Source: Bacteroidales bacterium (GTDB taxonomy: Bacteria; Bacteroidota; Bacteroidia; Bacteroidales; JBDKHP01). Taken from it: a DNA stretch of 64,000 bases. The stretch spans positions 598,706 through 662,705 of the forward strand of contig CBDDLB010000002.1 in assembly GCA_965230435.1 (NCBI GenBank), in the 5' to 3' direction. A program made the position numbers and the translations under genes. This document shows positions 60,325 to 64,000 of the stretch, piece after piece. Numbering within the stretch: position 1 is the stretch's first letter; each line of letters starts with the position of its first letter. The notes beneath the pieces are model-generated. The model was not told the DNA's origin. It did not search any database and saw only the letters and a list, made by a program, of their open reading frames with translations.

Positions 60325-61153
60325 AGGCTCAATTATCTCCCCATTTTTTGCGGGTGTAAATATAAGCAATCTGCATTAGTCCTTGGATATTTTACAAAAC
60401 ATGCTCATTTATATTGTATCACGACCATTATTAACACATCAGGAAAACTAAAACAGTCCTGTAAAATCCGATCAACCTGTTAGCACTGATAATTAGCTAT
60501 TTCCACTCCAATCATTGGTCGTTAGTATCAAATTATAAGCATAATATTTTGCTTACAGGCATAACATATCACAATATTTTTTTTGTTAAGTAACGTTAAA
60601 ATGCAACAATTAACCGATGAAAGAGCAATCGTGCCACTCAAATGCCCACAAGAAACTGATAACAAGCTATATGAAAAAGGAAACTGATTTCAACATGAGC
60701 ATGAAAAAGAAAAAACAAGGATCCACCTAATATTTTAATTTTCAATAAGTAATATCATTTTTCCGAAGTAAAAAGATTTGAAACTCAACTGAAAGATAAT
60801 CTACTCCATCACAACAAATGAAACACTACATTCGTAACAAGTAACAATTGAAAATAGTTTCATACAGGAAGCTATTTCTTTCAACCTCTCATTTTTCAGA
60901 TATTCACATTTCAATCTATTAATAAACAATAGCTTCTAATCTTCATATTGTAACTAGATACATTTTCCACAAACACATATACAATACTAGACTCAACTCC
61001 CTGAATTAACGCATAGTTAATGCATATAGGAAGTAACAATTTTGTAGCTGAGATTCATTGTATTACATTTGCACGGCCTTAACGGGGACATTGAGAAGTA
61101 TATTGTTTATTCATCTTGTTTAATTTTTAAACCTAAAAAAGAAAGGTAGAGGA

Positions 61154-62488
61154 ATGAAGAAGTACCGTACTATTACACTACAAAATTTCAAAAAAGAACC
61201 TCTCGTAAAACAGCATTTATCAGATCAACAAATACAAGATATCGAAATCGTAGGAACAGTTCTTCCTTTTAAAACCAACAATTATGTTGTAGAAGAACTG
61301 ATTAAGTGGGAAGCTTACGAAAACGACCCTATTTATATATTGAACTTCCCACAAAAAAGAATGCTTAGCGAAGAACATTACAGCCAAATGGTTGAAGTCT
61401 GGAATTCAGGTAACAAAGAAAACATCATTCGTAAAGCCCAAGAAATCAGAGCTCAGCTCAATCCAAACCCAGCAGGACAAGCAGATCATAACGTACCTAT
61501 GTTGAACGGTGAAAAACTAAACGGCGTTCAACATAAATACCGCGAAACAATGCTTGTTTTCCCTTCTCAAGGGCAGACTTGTCACGCATACTGTACGTTC
61601 TGTTTCCGCTGGTCGCAATTTGTTCAGATCGAAGATGGTGTGAAATTCGCTACAAAAGAAGCTGATAAAATCGTTGGTTATCTGCAAGAACACCCAGAAA
61701 TTTCGGACATCTTATTTACTGGTGGAGATCCAATGGTTATGCCATACAAGTTCATCGAAGCATACTTCGAAACAATCATGAACGCTAACATTCCTCACCT
61801 AAAAACTATCCGTATTGGGTCTAAATCTTTAGCATACTGGCCATACAAATACACAGAAGACAAAGATGCAGATAAGCTTCTAGCTCTTTTCAAAAAAGTG
61901 ATCGATAGTGGTCTACACATTTCGTTCATGGCACACTTCAATCACTGGCAAGAGTTAACAACAGATGCTGTAAAACAAGCCATCCAAAACTTACGTGGTA
62001 CAGGAATACAGATCCGCACTCAATCTCCACTTCTAAACAACATCAACGCATCATCTGATGTATGGGCTAAGATGTGGAAAATGCAGGTTGCTCTGGGTCT
62101 TATTCCATATTACATGTTCATTGCACGTGATACAGGAGCACAAGAATATTTTGCAGTATCGTTGATAGATGCATGGAAAATTTTCAAAGGAGCATACTCT
62201 CAGGTAAGTGGTATTGCACGTACAGTGAAGGGGCCAAGCATGTCGGCAGACCCAGGAAAAGTTATGATGAACGGTGTTGTTGAGATCAACGGAGAGAAGC
62301 ACATGATGTTAACATTCTTGCAAGGAAGGAATCCTGAATGGGTATACCGTCCGTTCTTCGCTAAATACGATGAGAAAGCAATATGGTTGAGCGACCTTAA
62401 ACCTTCTTTTGAAGATGAATTCTTCTATCGCAAAGAATGGAACCCAGAGACAGGTTTTGTAAAACAGCCTGAAATGGTACATGCATAA
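61154..62488 (+). CDS. KamA-family radical SAM aminomutase-like protein (lysine 2,3-aminomutase family)
   Basis: The radical-SAM motif CHAYCTFCFRW sits in the KamA-type context (HKYRETMLVFPSQGQTCHAYCTFCFRW; ILFTGGDPMV). The substrate cannot be assigned from sequence. Confidence 0.75.
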   Translation: MKKYRTITLQNFKKEPLVKQHLSDQQIQDIEIVGTVLPFKTNNYVVEELIKWEAYENDPIYILNFPQKRMLSEEHYSQMVEVWNSGNKENIIRKAQEIRAQLNPNPAGQADHNVPMLNGEKLNGVQHKYRETMLVFPSQGQTCHAYCTFCFRWSQFVQIEDGVKFATKEADKIVGYLQEHPEISDILFTGGDPMVMPYKFIEAYFETIMNANIPHLKTIRIGSKSLAYWPYKYTEDKDADKLLALFKKVIDSGLHISFMAHFNHWQELTTDAVKQAIQNLRGTGIQIRTQSPLLNNINASSDVWAKMWKMQVALGLIPYYMFIARDTGAQEYFAVSLIDAWKIFKGAYSQVSGIARTVKGPSMSADPGKVMMNGVVEINGEKHMMLTFLQGRNPEWVYRPFFAKYDEKAIWLSDLKPSFEDEFFYRKEWNPETGFVKQPEMVHA

Positions 62489-62558
62489 TTAACTCTCCCT
62501 ACAGGAGGTTAAGCTAACAAATCTGCCATGTGCGATTTTTGCACAACGACAGACTAAA

Positions 62559-63158
62559 TCACATAGGCCGGGCAATTGTCTGGCCTATTTTTGCCTCTAC
62601 AAAACCAATAACCTCATCGAAGAAAAGGCTGAACTCCTGAATATATTCAGTTAAATTTTGCTCTACTACTTCTACCACAAAATCAGGTTCACTCGGTAAA
62701 CTTGTATGCTTAGACATTCTGTCAATAGCTTCGTGAAGCCCTTCAATCTTGGAATACCCAACTAAACGGTCAGAAGCTTTCATCAGAGGTAGAAAACGTT
62801 TAACTTTTTCTGGTAAGATTTCAAAATTGGACTCCAAATCCGCAAAAGCGTTGTCAGAAAATTCGCGAAGGCTATCCAAGGAGTATCTCTCCCAACGGCT
62901 GGCAAGAAAATGATCAAAAACCACATCGATAACAACACTGGCATATCTCCCCATACGAGGTTTGAACCTTGAAGCCCCTTGTTTTACTAAGTCGTGCTTA
63001 TCCGTAAATTCATCAATTTGCCGATGGAGTAAAATCCCTTCCCGAATCCTATCCGGATAAGTATCATAATCGCGTCCTTTCACGTGGTCGCCAATGAAAT
63101 TTCCCACCCGCAGATCTGCATCATGCCCAGAAAGGTATAAGTGTGCTAAAAAATTCAT
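62559..63158 (-). CDS. acpH: Acyl carrier protein phosphodiesterase
   Basis: The N-terminus MNFLAHLYLSG...GNFIGDHVKG is the AcpH hallmark. The protein is 199 aa. Confidence 0.8.
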   Translation of the reverse strand: MNFLAHLYLSGHDADLRVGNFIGDHVKGRDYDTYPDRIREGILLHRQIDEFTDKHDLVKQGASRFKPRMGRYASVVIDVVFDHFLASRWERYSLDSLREFSDNAFADLESNFEILPEKVKRFLPLMKASDRLVGYSKIEGLHEAIDRMSKHTSLPSEPDFVVEVVEQNLTEYIQEFSLFFDEVIGFVEAKIGQTIARPM

Positions 63159-63670
63159 CTTCTATTCTTTTGGCGTGTGATTTCCTGGAGAGCAATTGCA
63201 GTTGCCATAGCAACATTCATCGACGAATTTACTCCCCGCATCGGGATATGAATCGCAAAATCTATCTCTTCAAGTAAAGAATCACTTATTCCCTTTTCCT
63301 CACCCCCCGCCACAAGAACAAAATCGCTGTATCCGCTGAAATCATGATCATTCAGCGCTCTACTTTTATCTGTTATCTCCAATGCCCCAACGGTTACACC
63401 TTCCTGCTTAAGCTCAGCAACCAGTTCTGCACCCGAAGAATGATAAGAATATGGAACATACAATTCTGTGCTACGCGCGGTTTTCCGAACTCTCTTATTA
63501 GGAGGAACAGGGGTAGTGCCACAAAGGTAAAGATGTTTCACACCAAGCGCATCTGCCAAACGAAAAAAGGAACCCACGTTCCTTCCATCTTCAACATTAT
63601 CCAGTAGTAATGAAATCGGGAATTGCTGCTTTTCAAACTTTACTTCACTATGACTAAGCTGTTTTTGCAT
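63155..63670 (-). CDS. TrmH/SpoU-family RNA 2'-O-methyltransferase
   Basis: SpoU motifs are NVGSFFRLADALG, LVAGGEEKGIS and IPMRGVNSSMNVAMATAIAL. Its stop overlaps the acpH start (ATGA). Confidence 0.82.
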   Translation of the reverse strand: MQKQLSHSEVKFEKQQFPISLLLDNVEDGRNVGSFFRLADALGVKHLYLCGTTPVPPNKRVRKTARSTELYVPYSYHSSGAELVAELKQEGVTVGALEITDKSRALNDHDFSGYSDFVLVAGGEEKGISDSLLEEIDFAIHIPMRGVNSSMNVAMATAIALQEITRQKNRR

Positions 63671-64000
63671 TATTCCCCTCTGTTTTTGGTCCTCTATTTT
63701 TTTGGGAAGTTCCTTTCTTAGAAGTCCACTTGCCTTTTCCTCCTCCTTGAGGTTTTCTCTTTTTCGAAAAATTACGCTTCGAACGACCTTTCGATTTAGG
63801 GTTATAAACTGGCCCTTCTCCCAATTCCGGATCCAAAGGAGCCTTATGTATTTCGCTATCGATCATCCGTTCGATGCGCGCAAACTGATGCTGATCTTTC
63901 TCTGTAATAAGCGTTAGCGCCACACCCGAAGATTCCGCTCTTGCTGTCCTGCCAATACGGTGGATATAGTCTTCTGGATCCTTCGGAACTTCATAATTGA
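63654..64000 (-). CDS. DEAD-box RNA helicase, C-terminal part; the N-terminus lies beyond the right edge
   Basis: The minus-strand read ...YEVPKDPEDYIHRIGRTARAESSGVALTLITEKD contains helicase motif VI HRIGRTAR. A basic K/R/G-rich tail follows. Confidence 0.85.
   Translation of the reverse strand, partial: NYEVPKDPEDYIHRIGRTARAESSGVALTLITEKDQHQFARIERMIDSEIHKAPLDPELGEGPVYNPKSKGRSKRNFSKKRKPQGGGKGKWTSKKGTSQKNRGPKTEGNNAKTA

Noticed and set aside
60601-60687. A 28-aa ORF (MQQLTDERAIVPLKCPQETDNKLYEKGN) in the long gpsA/kamA-like intergenic region.
   Set aside because: It has no conservation evidence, no motif and no obvious translation signals, so it is indistinguishable from chance.

Overview
The window is a 64-kb chromosomal segment with roughly 38-40% GC by eye. 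Lipoprotein signal peptides, a FISUMP-domain protein, REC-first histidine kinases, an rnf operon and absent Shine-Dalgarno-like spacing all point to a Bacteroidota-type genome, possibly a marine or anaerobic lineage; this is inference only. I support about 45 protein-coding genes. Housekeeping genes are miaB (partial), rlmD, ygiQ, guaC, citDE-citF, rseC-like plus rnfBC/DGEA, pgi, gpsA, acpH, a TrmH-family methylase and a DEAD-box helicase (partial). A signalling cluster at 1-12 kb holds a REC-PAS-LuxR regulator, two REC-first histidine kinases and a 1782-aa multi-PAS hybrid kinase. Accessory patches interrupt these blocks. (1) An AT-rich m5C methyltransferase plus PD-ExK endonuclease module sits at 15.3-17.7 kb. 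(2) A junkyard at 29.6-34.3 kb contains a TlpA-like gene bracketed by ~185-bp direct repeats, a start-less ParE-like toxin remnant, an 84-nt near-perfect hairpin, and a 5'-truncated, frameshifted orphan Rhs C-terminal toxin cassette followed by a CPBP-family candidate immunity gene. (3) An IS4-family IS with perfect 18-bp terminal inverted repeats and a 9-bp target duplication lies next to a ~620-bp foldback of nested palindromic modules, in a 1.5-kb non-coding region upstream of the rnf operon. (4) An MscS-family gene is inserted between rnfC and rnfD. (5) A degenerate composite repeat family is scattered through at least five intergenic regions. I saw no rRNA, tRNA or CRISPR array and no recognisable riboswitch. 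I could not identify a clear multi-gene novel system. The most unusual material is non-coding (repeats and hairpins) plus the orphan toxin cassette with an unrecognised toxin domain. All similarity statements come from by-eye motif recognition, not database searches.
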